From: a virus
Taxonomy: Duplodnaviria > Caudoviricetes
IMG/VR virus record: IMGVR_UViG_3300033076_000975
Location: 1 to 62,452 of that record
Direction: 5' to 3' (one strand)
DNA: 62,452 bases
The position numbers and the translations under genes were made by a program. This document shows positions 18,706-28,439 of this stretch, piece by piece (the first letter of the stretch is position 1; each line of letters begins with the position of its first letter). The notes beneath the pieces were generated by a model. That model was not told the origin of the DNA and did no database searches. It saw only the letters and a program-made list of their open reading frames with translations.

Positions 18706-19650
18706 TTAGAACTTCTTGGCGGAGACGGCTGGGATAGTACCCGTCAGTTGCATGTTCTGGAAGTTGGGATTCAGGAAGTTCTCGATCCCCTGTTGCATAT
18801 TCTCCAAGCCCGTCTTCTTGTCGGGGATCTTACGGGCGATGGTTCGTAGGACGCTGAGGACGGAGTTCTGGGTAGCGATATCAACCCCGGATGCGATTAA
18901 GGCGGCACGCATCGCGTTCTCGACTTGCTTCCCAATGACGAACCCATAGTTCTCGGCAATGTACCTACCTATCTTAACCAAGTCCTTGAGGTCCTTTACC
19001 CCTTGGTTGAACAAGGGGAGGATGGCCTTGGTCAAGGCTGTATTCATCGCCTTGATTTCCACGGACAGTTGCGTTCTTTCTCTGGCGAACGCGGAGAGTT
19101 CCCGGGAAAGGACGTTGGCCCGTTCGATCTCCATCATGAGGAGCTTCGCGTCACTGATCGCCGCTTCCATGCCAATGGGAGCGTTGAACTTCCGACCCCG
19201 CTTCACCATCTCCTGGAAGGAGTCATCTAAAGCGGTGACCGTCTCCACGAAGGTATCCACCGCCATGGTAGCGACGGCGAGAGCCGCCGTGAGGACCGAG
19301 AGAGCGGCCCCGGTACTCATGGCGGCGTTCGGAATGAGAGGGGTGTTCCCGGGGTCGGGGACAGGAGGGTTCGGGATCTGGATGGGAGGACCCCCAGGGC
19401 CGTTTGGGTCGCCGAAGTCAGGTTCCCCTGGGGTAATGGTAGTATTCCAGCTATCGCTTTTGCCTTTGCCATCGTCGCCACTCCCGCCTAAGGCGGATGT
19501 GACATTGAAGGTCCCGGGGGGAGCCCCTCCTTTTCCCCCTTCCGCTGGAGTCGGAATGATGGGGGAATTCGGCGAGGCCGGGTTCTGAGGGGGCGGAGTC
19601 GTGTCCCGACTGAGGATTACGATCTCCGCTTTGACGTCGTTCCCGGCCAT
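18706..19650 (-). CDS. possible short tape-measure-like protein
   Basis: Follows the tail tube candidate; Pro/Gly-rich N-terminus then an Ala-rich helical region. Confidence 0.4.
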   Translation of the reverse strand: MAGNDVKAEIVILSRDTTPPPQNPASPNSPIIPTPAEGGKGGAPPGTFNVTSALGGSGDDGKGKSDSWNTTITPGEPDFGDPNGPGGPPIQIPNPPVPDPGNTPLIPNAAMSTGAALSVLTAALAVATMAVDTFVETVTALDDSFQEMVKRGRKFNAPIGMEAAISDAKLLMMEIERANVLSRELSAFARERTQLSVEIKAMNTALTKAILPLFNQGVKDLKDLVKIGRYIAENYGFVIGKQVENAMRAALIASGVDIATQNSVLSVLRTIARKIPDKKTGLENMQQGIENFLNPNFQNMQLTGTIPAVSAKKF

Positions 19651-19680
19651 GTCCAGCCTCCTGGATTTTTCTGGCGAATG

Positions 19681-20229
19681 CTACGTGAAGAGGACCCAGG
19701 AGACGTCGCCGTAGTTCGTGAATTCGGGGTACGGGAGCGACTGGAAGCGGACGGGGACGGAGCGGAGACGGGAGGCGAACATCATGGCGAGATTGTACCC
19801 CGGGGGGATGATCGCGTAAGGGGCGGTTACGGTGTCCAAGACGCCCCCGAAGGCGGTGGCGGCGGTGGTCCCGGGGGCCGAGACGCCGACTAGGGACGCG
19901 GAGTATACCGATGCGAGGCGACCGACTTGACCGCTACGACCGAAGACATTGCCCCAAGGCCAGAAGGTCCCATAGTTGAGGGGATTGACCTTTCCCCCGT
20001 CGCCCAAGGCACCTTCCCGGGCGACCGACCACTCGTTGACTTGGCCGTCCATGTAAAAGTCGAGGCCACGGTAGACGTAGTTCTGGGTGGAATCGCCGAG
20101 GTTGTCCCCCGTGATCTTATCCCCGAACATCGAGTAGTTCATGTTGAAGCCGTCCTGGGTGATCCCCAGGCTCAGGCCGTTGTAGGTCCAGACGTAGGGA
20201 CCTGCGATCCATCCACGGGGGGCGGGCAT
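19681..20229 (-). CDS. putative major tail tube protein
   Basis: AGPY...YNGLSLGITQDGF...DKITGDNLG...YRG pattern of tail tube proteins; follows neck genes. Confidence 0.6.
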   Translation of the reverse strand: MPAPRGWIAGPYVWTYNGLSLGITQDGFNMNYSMFGDKITGDNLGDSTQNYVYRGLDFYMDGQVNEWSVAREGALGDGGKVNPLNYGTFWPWGNVFGRSGQVGRLASVYSASLVGVSAPGTTAATAFGGVLDTVTAPYAIIPPGYNLAMMFASRLRSVPVRFQSLPYPEFTNYGDVSWVLFT

Positions 20230-20585
20230 GGGCGTTCTCCTAGGATAACGTCGCCTTCGGTGAGGGTGTTATCTTTGCAAATTTTGAGGCAATCGTAACA
20301 GGTGACGGCACCGGGAGAGGGGGTGTAGTAAATCGGGTAGGAGGGATGGCGTTGACCGTAGTGCCATCCCTTCCTGGAATTGTCACATCCGAATTGGAAG
20401 CGTCCTCCCGTGATTTTGGAGATCAAGGGACCCTTGGGGTCCGGGTGGATGTAGTGGATGCAATTCAGTTGGAGGAGGGTTCCCCGGAGGCCGCACCCCG
20501 GGCAAGGGGCGTTCAAGGAATCCACCATGTACGTGTCGCTGAAGATGGACTTGCATTCGGGGTTGACGCAATGGACGGTAATCAT
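20172..20585 (-). CDS. Cys-rich Zn-binding hypothetical protein
   Basis: CVNPEC, CPGC, VTCYDC. Confidence 0.6.
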   Translation of the reverse strand: MITVHCVNPECKSIFSDTYMVDSLNAPCPGCGLRGTLLQLNCIHYIHPDPKGPLISKITGGRFQFGCDNSRKGWHYGQRHPSYPIYYTPSPGAVTCYDCLKICKDNTLTEGDVILGERPCPPPVDGSQVPTSGPTTA

Positions 20586-20591
20586 GGGAGA

Positions 20592-21191
20592 CTAGTTGGT
20601 GATAATGGTGGAGCAGCGGATCTTTCCAAAGCGAACGGTCATCGTGTAGCCCATGATACTTTCCCCTCCCTGGTCCTGCAAATGCTCATTTGTGGCCCGG
20701 AAATGGTCGGCGTAAGCGGGGACCGGGGAAGGGTCGGTCCCGAGCCAGCGAGGGAACTCGTAGACTTGGCCGACGTAGAGATCGTTAGTCTCGTCGTAGA
20801 ATTCGTTCACGTATTCGTCGAGGGCATGGATGCGGGTGAGGAAGGAGACCTCCTGGGAAACCGTGGTCATGATCTTCAGGCACACGGAGCCCATTCCTGT
20901 GTATTCCTTGGCGTACAAGGATTTGCCCCGTTCCCAGGTCGGATACTTGGGGGAACGGATAGTGAGAGTACACGAGACCCCTAGGTAGTAATCGAGGCCG
21001 GTATTCGCATCGTCGGTTACAGGGTTCCAGTCATCACCATAGACCGCGATGAAGCGGTCGCCGCAGGAAGGAGGGGGCCGGTTGTCGGGCATCACCTCGA
21101 TCTGGTGGGACTCTAAGGGAAAGGAGGCGTAGTCCGCAAAGGCGTCCCGGAGCATGTCACGAATGACTACACACGCTAAGCCTGGGTGCAT
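20592..21191 (-). CDS. putative tail terminator/neck protein
   Basis: 199 aa between a gpG-like gene and the tail tube; positional inference. Confidence 0.5.
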   Translation of the reverse strand: MHPGLACVVIRDMLRDAFADYASFPLESHQIEVMPDNRPPPSCGDRFIAVYGDDWNPVTDDANTGLDYYLGVSCTLTIRSPKYPTWERGKSLYAKEYTGMGSVCLKIMTTVSQEVSFLTRIHALDEYVNEFYDETNDLYVGQVYEFPRWLGTDPSPVPAYADHFRATNEHLQDQGGESIMGYTMTVRFGKIRCSTIITN

Positions 21192-21192
21192 G

Positions 21193-21750
21193 TTACTTTC
21201 CTAGCTCGCCGAGGCGGGGGGCGATTCGATCAAAGGCGATTGCGAGGGATTCCCGGACCCACGGGCGGATGTTGTCCGGGATGAGGACACGACGGTCGTT
21301 CACGTAAGGAGCGTACTCCACTTTCGTCCCCAAGGTCACGGTATCCCCGGAGAGCTTGGCGATTTGATCTTCCCGGGGGACGTACTCGTTTCCACTGATA
21401 ATACCCATAGCCAGAGACTTGAAGAGGGCTTCCGTGTCCCGGTTGATCCAGGTAGGGTGCTTCGCAGGGGGAACCGTTTCCCCGAAGTGGGAGTGGGCTT
21501 TTCTTTTCTGGCGAATGGTACGCTTGTGAAGGCGGTCCCAGGAGTTTCCGAGGTCGTCTTTCCCATGGCGGGAGCGGGCGTGGAAGGAATCCCGGATTCG
21601 ACGGAACATCTCCTTCATGAAGACCGCCCAGAAGAGACGCCGGAGGGAGGTATACCGAGGATGCCTCCCGGAGAGGATTCCGGGAAGCATCCGTAGGTTC
21701 TCCTCCAGCTTCTTCTTGTCACAGGATACGTGGATGACGGTGTGGCCCAT
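21193..21750 (-). CDS. virion morphogenesis protein (Mu gpG-like)
   Basis: GNSWDRLHKRTIRQK...DTEALFKSL...TLGTKVEYAPYVN..R. Confidence 0.7.
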   Translation of the reverse strand: MGHTVIHVSCDKKKLEENLRMLPGILSGRHPRYTSLRRLFWAVFMKEMFRRIRDSFHARSRHGKDDLGNSWDRLHKRTIRQKRKAHSHFGETVPPAKHPTWINRDTEALFKSLAMGIISGNEYVPREDQIAKLSGDTVTLGTKVEYAPYVNDRRVLIPDNIRPWVRESLAIAFDRIAPRLGELGK

Positions 21751-21756
21751 GAGGTA

Positions 21757-22245
21757 TTACCACAAGGAGAAGATCGGCTGTTCCGAGATATCTCTTGGAC
21801 GGGTCCCCCCGGTATTCGGGGTCGAGGTCTCCGCGTCCACCCGACGAGTCGAATCCCGGTAGCGGGGGTCGTGCTCGATGTTGGACATGGCGGGGACAAA
21901 GTCCTCGGAGGTAGCGAGGCCCGGGATCGGGAGCGTTCCCTCCAGGACCTTCTTCAGTTCCTCCATGATCTCTTCGTAGCGGGCGTAAAAGAGGGAGGGA
22001 TCGCCGCCCATCTGCGAGAGACGGTAGCAAGCGATCCACGTCGCCCGGATGCGTGTCCAGGTGGACCCGTTCAAGGAGGCGTCGGAGTAGATTTGACCGG
22101 CATATGCCTGGATGGTGGAAGTCGCGTCGTCGATGTAGAAGTTCAGGGTGTCCTGACAATTCGGTTGCTGGGCCACCCGGAACTCTAAGCCGATGCGGGT
22201 GAATAGCTTCTCCATCTCGCTGCGGGACGTGAATCGAGTGGGCAT
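21757..22245 (-). CDS. head-tail adaptor (Mu gp36/DUF1320-like)
   Basis: IDDATSTIQAYAGQIY...IACYRL...RYEEIMEELKKVLEG. Confidence 0.72.
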   Translation of the reverse strand: MPTRFTSRSEMEKLFTRIGLEFRVAQQPNCQDTLNFYIDDATSTIQAYAGQIYSDASLNGSTWTRIRATWIACYRLSQMGGDPSLFYARYEEIMEELKKVLEGTLPIPGLATSEDFVPAMSNIEHDPRYRDSTRRVDAETSTPNTGGTRPRDISEQPIFSLW

Positions 22246-22281
22246 AGGGCACCTCTGGATTTCGGTTTTTTCTGGCGAATG

Positions 22282-22611
22282 CTAAGGGTTGTCCGAGTCG
22301 ATGGAGGGGTCCACCTCGAAGTGGAAACGGTCGGAGCGGTAGACGTAGCCTCCGATTTTCACCACGAATTGGGCTTGGTAATGACCTGCTGACCCGGCTG
22401 GGAAGTCGCCGGATTGGGTGACGTAGCGGACTTTGCCGTTGGTCCCGGGTCCGGTTAGGGAACCCGTGTAGTTGGCGTACAATTCGCCATCTTCGTCTTC
22501 CACGTCCAAGCGGATGGAGGTGGCGGTGGTAACGTCGATGGCGTCCCCATCTTCGTCCACCAGGGTCCTCTCGATGATAACCCCGTAGTCGTTTTCCTTC
22601 ATGTTACTCAT
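22282..22611 (-). CDS. small virion protein (BppU-N/Ig-like)
   Basis: GDAIDVT...NGKVRY...GDF...GHYQAQF...V. Confidence 0.55.
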   Translation of the reverse strand: MSNMKENDYGVIIERTLVDEDGDAIDVTTATSIRLDVEDEDGELYANYTGSLTGPGTNGKVRYVTQSGDFPAGSAGHYQAQFVVKIGGYVYRSDRFHFEVDPSIDSDNP

Positions 22612-23647
22612 GGTAGCCTTCCCGGAGGATCAGTCGTAGCGATTGTACTAGGATCGAGGTGCCTTGATCCACGGTCTTTAAGACGGATTTTCCGTTATCC
22701 AACCATTGCAAGTACCAAAGTCCGGCGTCGGTTTCCGGGATGAAGGAGATTGGGACTCCGTAGCTATCGTGGGTTACGCCGCTCCGGGGGGCCAGAGGGA
22801 CCGGCCAATCCCGTAAGGAGAAGGGCAATACCTCCACGATGACGTCGAGGACTTGGGAGCGTTGCGGGATATCCGTCTGAAGGACTGGACGAGCCCGGAG
22901 GGGGTTTGGCCACTCCGTCTGTCGGAAGTTGAAAATCGTATACCGAATCGGTAGGTGATTCGGGATGTACTCCGGTTGCTGGCGGTATACCCGGAGGATG
23001 GGGTTCGGCCAATCGTTTTGTCGGAAGGCGGTAACGACAAATTGGAAGGGCAGGTTGTTCGGGAGCAAGTCCGGCTGTTGGCGGTAGAGCCGGAGGGTCG
23101 GGTTCGGGAACTCGACGGGCTTGAAGGGGTCGGGGACCGGGATCGCGACCAGGAGCGGGTGGTCCCTCCAGGTATGCTCCTTCAAGAGGGGCGGCTTGGG
23201 GAGGACCGGGTTCGGCCAATCCAGTTGTTTGAATGGGGAAGGGAGCGTTTGGATCACCAAGGCCAGGGGGAAGCCTTGGAAGTCCGGCTGGGCCACCGAA
23301 CGGACGGTCGGGTTGGGAAATACCTGGGGGATGAACGGGGAGGAACGGAGCGTTAAAGGGGGAGCTTCCTGGAAGCCGTGTTGGAAAGTTGATGCGGGCT
23401 TGAAGGAAGCTACGTCCGTCCGGGAAGTGAACGGATTTTGGGCGACCTGGGTTAGTACCAGGAGCAGAGTGTTCGGAATGGGGTCTACCTGTCCACGGAG
23501 AGGCTGGACGGGCACGCGGTAGACCAGGGGCGTACGAAAGATGGTCACATCCGTATAGCCACGGACGTGGGAAGTTCCCGGCAGGAGCTTCTGCGGGTAG
23601 CGGGGGTTAGGCCAATCCGCCTGTGTAAAGATCGTGCCAGGGTCCAT
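22604..23647 (-). CDS. Pro-rich repeat protein (FxQxDWPNP repeats)
   Basis: At least 7 copies of (P)FxxxD/E-W/F-PNP, most about 33-39 aa apart. Confidence 0.7.
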   Translation of the reverse strand: MDPGTIFTQADWPNPRYPQKLLPGTSHVRGYTDVTIFRTPLVYRVPVQPLRGQVDPIPNTLLLVLTQVAQNPFTSRTDVASFKPASTFQHGFQEAPPLTLRSSPFIPQVFPNPTVRSVAQPDFQGFPLALVIQTLPSPFKQLDWPNPVLPKPPLLKEHTWRDHPLLVAIPVPDPFKPVEFPNPTLRLYRQQPDLLPNNLPFQFVVTAFRQNDWPNPILRVYRQQPEYIPNHLPIRYTIFNFRQTEWPNPLRARPVLQTDIPQRSQVLDVIVEVLPFSLRDWPVPLAPRSGVTHDSYGVPISFIPETDAGLWYLQWLDNGKSVLKTVDQGTSILVQSLRLILREGYHE

Positions 23648-23669
23648 CGAAGCCTCTGAGGTGGATAGT

Positions 23670-23699
23670 AAAACACCACGGGTGGCGGTCCCCGTGGTG
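23670..23699 (-). terminator. intrinsic terminator
   Basis: CACCACGGG-loop-CCCGTGGTG followed by TTTT on the minus strand. Confidence 0.6.
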
Positions 23700-23727
23700 A
23701 TCGGTGGCTACGATTGGCTGGGGACGA

Positions 23728-24231
23728 TTACAGGGGTTCGTAGATGATGTGCGAACCCATGAGGCCCGGGGTGCCGCCCGTGTACGCCGAGAGACTGATC
23801 TCGCCGAAGGAAGCGGTGTTCCCCAAGATTACCAGTTCACCGCCCGGGGGAGCGACCCAGCGGACGATCCCCCCGAAGGCATTGAACGAAAGGTTCAACA
23901 GGCCCAAGGTGGCGGATCGCTGCGGCTTCGTGGTGGAAGCCGTGAACGCGATCTGGGCGGCGGCTAAGGCGGCGGTAGCAGGGTCCAAGGCCGCGTTGCT
24001 TTGACCCGTGGTCAAGGCGGTGGGAGTGCCCTGGACCGTCGAGTCCCGGCTGACGAGCATGATACACGGCGAGGACGAGGTGGCCTGTCCACCCATGTAC
24101 ACTTCGCTGACGTTAAGCCGCTGGGTGGAACTGCCACCCATGAGGCCCTGGTAGCCGTTGTCGGTGTAGTTCGTGGTGTCCGCGACCGCCGTCGGTGTCC
24201 AGGTCGAAAGTTTGTAGGACCACTTGGCCAT
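23728..24231 (-). CDS. putative virion protein
   Basis: Thr/Ala/Gly-rich 167 aa with RBS and its own downstream terminator, suggesting high expression. Confidence 0.65.
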   Translation of the reverse strand: MAKWSYKLSTWTPTAVADTTNYTDNGYQGLMGGSSTQRLNVSEVYMGGQATSSSPCIMLVSRDSTVQGTPTALTTGQSNAALDPATAALAAAQIAFTASTTKPQRSATLGLLNLSFNAFGGIVRWVAPPGGELVILGNTASFGEISLSAYTGGTPGLMGSHIIYEPL

Positions 24232-24258
24232 TTCTCAATCTCCGTACAAAAGGGTTAG

Positions 24259-24585
24259 TTAAGACTGGACACGGGAGGCTTGATCCAGTGCATCGTCAAT
24301 GAATTTCTTGAATGGAGTGCATTCTAAACCGCACCCCGGGTTGTCACAAACGTAAGAATCGCATTTTGAGCAATATCCCCGGGGCCTTTTCCGATCAGGG
24401 TTTAGGATCACAACCCGGTTGCAATGGGCACAAGTCAAGGTGGCACACTCGTAGAGCTTCCCTCCTTGGGCCAAGGGGACGGGTTTGCCTCGCTTTTCCG
24501 CCTGGAGAGCCAACTCCAGAGGGACCCCGGGACTTTCCCGGTTGTCGATGAGGAGATAACCCTCCTTGGAACGCTTGAAGACCAT
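24259..24585 (-). CDS. Zn-finger hypothetical protein
   Basis: CAHC, CSKC, CDNPGC. Confidence 0.65.
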   Translation of the reverse strand: MVFKRSKEGYLLIDNRESPGVPLELALQAEKRGKPVPLAQGGKLYECATLTCAHCNRVVILNPDRKRPRGYCSKCDSYVCDNPGCGLECTPFKKFIDDALDQASRVQS

Positions 24586-24608
24586 GATAATACCTTTCTA
24601 GGGGAGAA

Positions 24609-25730
24609 CTAGAAACAACCTTGACCCATCAGAATCGTGGAAGTCCCGCCTGTCGGGGGTGTAATGTCATCAAGGATCAAATCCATGAATGGACGAACGG
24701 TTTGATCGTCGGTCCAATTCGAGCCGTCGTAACTGGCTAAGTGGAAATTCGACCCGCCCGGCCAAGCGTCGAGATCGGAGGATGAGTCGAGTTGAGCCCC
24801 ATAGATGTTTACCGCAGAATTCGCGGCGTCCGCGACTTCCAAGCCCGCGTAGTAAGCGGTCCCAGGGGATAAAGCCGTAAGGGTAGTCTCATCAAAAAAT
24901 ATCTCGTAGGAAACCTGGGAAGTTCCCGCAAACGCGGACCAGTCGGTATCCAAGGTGTAATTCTGGATAACACCACTGGAACTCCAGAGACCTAGGATGG
25001 GATTCTTGGAGCCACTTACCACGAGCGAACCCGCGAAGCGAATCCCTCGGACGGTGTACGAGGAAAAGATGCCGTCCGGGATCGTGAACTTCATCGCTTG
25101 CCGACGACCCACGGTGGAAGCCGTCGCCGTGGAGTAGTAGGACTTCACAATGTGACCATACCTGCCACTGGCGGTACGGAATCCGACTACTGGGTTATTA
25201 CCTTGTTTGGCCCAAGTTCCGGCTGTCAGACGTTGGGAACCCGGGATCTGGTAGTAGGCCCCACCGAGACCCGTATTCGTGATATGGGTGGTGATGGTGA
25301 TGTAGTTAGTCCCACTGATGGTCCCCGAGGAATAGCGGAACGTGGGGCAAAGTAGCTGGCCTCGGGTGGGGGCATAGGCGTTCGTTAAGGCCACCCATTG
25401 CCAAGTACCGTCCCAGGAGGTATCGCCAGGGGGCGTTACAGTGACCGCCGTGGGACTACCCCCTCCCACGTCAGCGCCATCGGGGGCTCCCGTGGTCGCG
25501 GATACCCCTTCCAAGGTAACCACGTACTGCAAGGAAGTATCGGTTCCCGTTCGTCCCCCGACCCGGAAACCGATATGGGTGATCGGGTCGGTATCCCGGG
25601 CTTGATGAACCCAGGCCACGCCATCGTTGCTTGCGTCGATGGTGTGGTTATTGAAACTGGGGTTCGCCGTGAAGGTATACGGAGACCCCAATCGCAGACC
25701 CTTTACCGCCGTCATGCCAAGGTCCCCCAA
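24609..25730 (-). CDS. putative virion fibre/adhesin-like protein
   Basis: Thr/Gly/Ser-rich beta protein with two similar halves (THIGFRV...LTNAYAPTRGQ and VRGIRFA...TALSPGTAYY). Confidence 0.55.
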   Translation of the reverse strand: MGDLGMTAVKGLRLGSPYTFTANPSFNNHTIDASNDGVAWVHQARDTDPITHIGFRVGGRTGTDTSLQYVVTLEGVSATTGAPDGADVGGGSPTAVTVTPPGDTSWDGTWQWVALTNAYAPTRGQLLCPTFRYSSGTISGTNYITITTHITNTGLGGAYYQIPGSQRLTAGTWAKQGNNPVVGFRTASGRYGHIVKSYYSTATASTVGRRQAMKFTIPDGIFSSYTVRGIRFAGSLVVSGSKNPILGLWSSSGVIQNYTLDTDWSAFAGTSQVSYEIFFDETTLTALSPGTAYYAGLEVADAANSAVNIYGAQLDSSSDLDAWPGGSNFHLASYDGSNWTDDQTVRPFMDLILDDITPPTGGTSTILMGQGCF

Positions 25731-25972
25731 TTCGCTAAGGAGAAGTCCACGGTCACTGTTTTCCCCTCTAAAGCCGGGGGGTTACCCAAGGACGGTTGAC
25801 GATTCAGACAAATCGCCATGGCCAAGAGTTCCAAGGTTTCCCTGGTCAACGCCGACTTCACGTAATCCCGAGCCGCCTGGATGCTCTCGAATTCGGCCTC
25901 GCTCTTTCCGAAGCGGAAACGGATTCGACCGCTGGAATCCTTGTGAATCTTCGTCACGGTAATGGCGGGCAT
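25712..25972 (-). CDS. hypothetical protein
   Basis: Start MPAITV at 25972 overlaps the upstream stop. Confidence 0.6.
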   Translation of the reverse strand: MPAITVTKIHKDSSGRIRFRFGKSEAEFESIQAARDYVKSALTRETLELLAMAICLNRQPSLGNPPALEGKTVTVDFSLANWGTLA

Positions 25973-26466
25973 TACTGAGGCTCCGTGTAATCGACGGGAA
26001 TCGAGGCGAGGCCGTTGACACTTACGGCCCCACCGACTTGGTTGGTCTTGTTGGCTCCGTCCGGGGAGTTCCGGTACGCCTTGCACATGAGAATTTTCTG
26101 AGCAATGGTCGGGTCCGCGTCCACTTCGTCCGCGACGAGACCAACGTCGGACCATGAGGACATTTCCAGGTTGTTACCATTGGAAAACTTGAAGGTAACG
26201 GCGCCCGTGTTCTGGTTTTCCGAGACTCCGATGCACGCGACATTGAGACCGGGCATTCGAGGCTCCTCCCAAATAAGTTGATGAAGCAGGTTTCCACCGA
26301 ATTTGATTGGACCCGTTACCGGGACGCTGGGGATCGAACGCAAATCGAACAACGCAAGCTGGGTTGTCCCACGCATTATCCTTAGGTGATAGTTACCGAA
26401 AGGCTCAATGGAATCTCCTGATTGTAACGTCAGGACCGAAGGGAGGGTATACAGTCTTAACGTCAT
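25972..26466 (-). CDS. hypothetical protein (alternative start 26256 with GGAGG RBS)
   Basis: ORF track; the strong RBS precedes internal MPGLNV. Confidence 0.55.
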   Translation of the reverse strand: MTLRLYTLPSVLTLQSGDSIEPFGNYHLRIMRGTTQLALFDLRSIPSVPVTGPIKFGGNLLHQLIWEEPRMPGLNVACIGVSENQNTGAVTFKFSNGNNLEMSSWSDVGLVADEVDADPTIAQKILMCKAYRNSPDGANKTNQVGGAVSVNGLASIPVDYTEPQ

Positions 26467-26522
26467 AAGGACACATCCTGTTTCAGGGTACGCCTTCGGA
26501 TTTCGGTTTTTTCTGGCGAACG

Positions 26523-26876
26523 CTACTCTTGGCAGGGCTTGGCGATATGCCCATTCGGTGGAAGCGAGCCATGGTTGTTGTGAAGACGGTCGATGCGGTC
26601 CAAGGCTTTCTCGAAGGAGGCGGCTAGTTTCTCCACCTCCTGGGTATGGGCCTTGCCTTGTTCATTGTAGCCTTCTTGGATTTGTTTCAAATGGGCGGGG
26701 ATGCCGACGTTGACCGCGTAAGTGGCGAAGTACCACATGGCGTACAAGATCGCCACCAGGAGCATGGTCGTCGCCCCTTGGGAAAGAATCCAACGTAAAG
26801 CGATGGTTTTCAACGGGAGCTTCTCCAGTTCGGCGTCAGTGAATTCTGTATCTACCATGCTGCCCCTTTCGTTCAT
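26523..26876 (-). CDS. holin-like membrane protein
   Basis: One TM segment (QGATTMLLVAILYAMWYFA) followed by a coiled coil; downstream of the peptidase. Confidence 0.5.
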   Translation of the reverse strand: MNERGSMVDTEFTDAELEKLPLKTIALRWILSQGATTMLLVAILYAMWYFATYAVNVGIPAHLKQIQEGYNEQGKAHTQEVEKLAASFEKALDRIDRLHNNHGSLPPNGHIAKPCQE

Positions 26877-26880
26877 GGTG

Positions 26881-27690
26881 TTAGACCGCGATGTGGAAGT
26901 TACTGATTTTGACGGAACGGATGGCGTATGCCCAGTCCATTCCCTCGGAGACGACGCGACGGGAATCGTAGCCGAAACCGTAGGAGAAGCGGGCATGGGC
27001 GTCGCCCCATTTCCCCCAGGAATTGGCGTAGACCCACCAGGGAACCCCTTCGTCGTCGTAGACCCAGTCACAGCCGCAAATGGCATGACCGCGACGTCCA
27101 TAGACCACGGGGTATCCCAAGAGATTGGCGGTGACTCCTTCCGCCAGGGAGTGGATGGTAAAGGCTTCCATCACCATGAGGTGGGAAGCGGAATCCTCCC
27201 AGCCGGAGGGGAGCTTAGCGTAGCCGGTATGGGGGAATACCACTTTGAAGCGGGCTTTGTTCGCTTCGTTGTCGAGGGGGAGAATGCCTCGGGTCTGGAG
27301 TTCCTCTAGGTTGTCGTCCACCGAGGAGCCGCTGCTTCGGGAACCGACCCGGACGTAGAGGGAGATCGGGGAGACCTGGATGACGTTGGCAAGGCCGAAC
27401 TGGAAGCCTTGGACGATCTCCACCGCTTGCCCGGAGGCGTTCGAGGTGCAAGAGGGCTCGTTGCTCTGGTTGAAGATCCGGGAGATGAGCCAAGCGGCGG
27501 AAAATTTCCGTCGCTGGTTCTCCATGGCGATTTCCTTCCAGTCGGATTCCGGGATCACCTCGATCTGATCCGAGAACTTCGGGAGAGCCCCGAGGAGGCG
27601 GTTTCCGCCTGGGATATCACCCGTCTGATAGCCTTCGGAGGTAGCCTCGATATCGAAGGGGACGTCTACGTAGCGGGGATTGACGATCAT
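26881..27690 (-). CDS. papain-like cysteine peptidase (C1 family)
   Basis: NQSNEPSCTSNA (Gln, catalytic Cys), GHAI (His), ANSWGKWG (Asn). Confidence 0.85.
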   Translation of the reverse strand: MIVNPRYVDVPFDIEATSEGYQTGDIPGGNRLLGALPKFSDQIEVIPESDWKEIAMENQRRKFSAAWLISRIFNQSNEPSCTSNASGQAVEIVQGFQFGLANVIQVSPISLYVRVGSRSSGSSVDDNLEELQTRGILPLDNEANKARFKVVFPHTGYAKLPSGWEDSASHLMVMEAFTIHSLAEGVTANLLGYPVVYGRRGHAICGCDWVYDDEGVPWWVYANSWGKWGDAHARFSYGFGYDSRRVVSEGMDWAYAIRSVKISNFHIAV

Positions 27691-28439
27691 TCCTTGTACC
27701 CCTTTTCCTTCAGGAAGGCTTCCAGGCTTTCGCTGTTGAAGCCGTTGGGGATGCTAAGGGCGTTTTCCAAAGAGCCGGTGTCCAGGTCCACGATAACGAG
27801 AACGGGAGACCCCACCGCCTTCGCCTTTTCCACCGCCGCTTTCATCGCCGGGCGGGCTTCCGAGGGCAGGGGGAGATCCTCCTCGAAGTTCCACCACTGG
27901 TGCCCCTTCGACTTTAGCCATCCCAGGAAGGTATCGTCCGTCCTGGTATAGTAGGTCATCCTCTTCAGGGGGAGATTGTTCTTCTCCAGTTCGTACCAGA
28001 CCAGAAAGAGCTTCGGTCCTTTGGCGACTACCGGAGTCGGGACTACAGGTCCCGGCCCCGGAGGGGGAGGGTTTACGGCGTCCCCCACCTGGACCCTCTT
28101 GGTGACGATGACGGGGTTCTTGGCGGAAGTATCCACGAGCACGATCACATACGTCCCCGCCTTGTCGGCGGAGAAGTAGAGGATCGGTTGTCGCTTCACG
28201 AGGCCAATATCCACTTCCAGGGAGGCTTCGGCCCCGGAAGGGGTATTAACCCCGACCACGAGCTTGGAGGCCCACTTCGAGAGGTCCTCCAGGTTGCCTT
28301 GGGGGACTTCGAGACCCTTTACCGGGAAGCGGGCTTCCGTGATAAGGGGAACCGTGGAGATGCCACCGATCTCCTGCCCATTCAGGGTATTGGTGAATAC
28401 CATGAAGGAGAGGAGGCAGAGGGTCAGGAGGGCACGCAT
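27687..28439 (-). CDS. exported protein with Pro-rich linker
   Basis: Signal-peptide-like MRALLTLCLLSFMVFT; PPPPGPGPVVPTP linker; thioredoxin-like alpha/beta C-terminus is a guess. Confidence 0.65.
   Translation of the reverse strand: MRALLTLCLLSFMVFTNTLNGQEIGGISTVPLITEARFPVKGLEVPQGNLEDLSKWASKLVVGVNTPSGAEASLEVDIGLVKRQPILYFSADKAGTYVIVLVDTSAKNPVIVTKRVQVGDAVNPPPPGPGPVVPTPVVAKGPKLFLVWYELEKNNLPLKRMTYYTRTDDTFLGWLKSKGHQWWNFEEDLPLPSEARPAMKAAVEKAKAVGSPVLVIVDLDTGSLENALSIPNGFNSESLEAFLKEKGYKE

Noticed and set aside
12159-25730. Diversity-generating retroelement or invertible tail-fibre system
   Set aside because: No reverse transcriptase, no template/variable repeat pair with adenine-specific differences, and no invertase seen.
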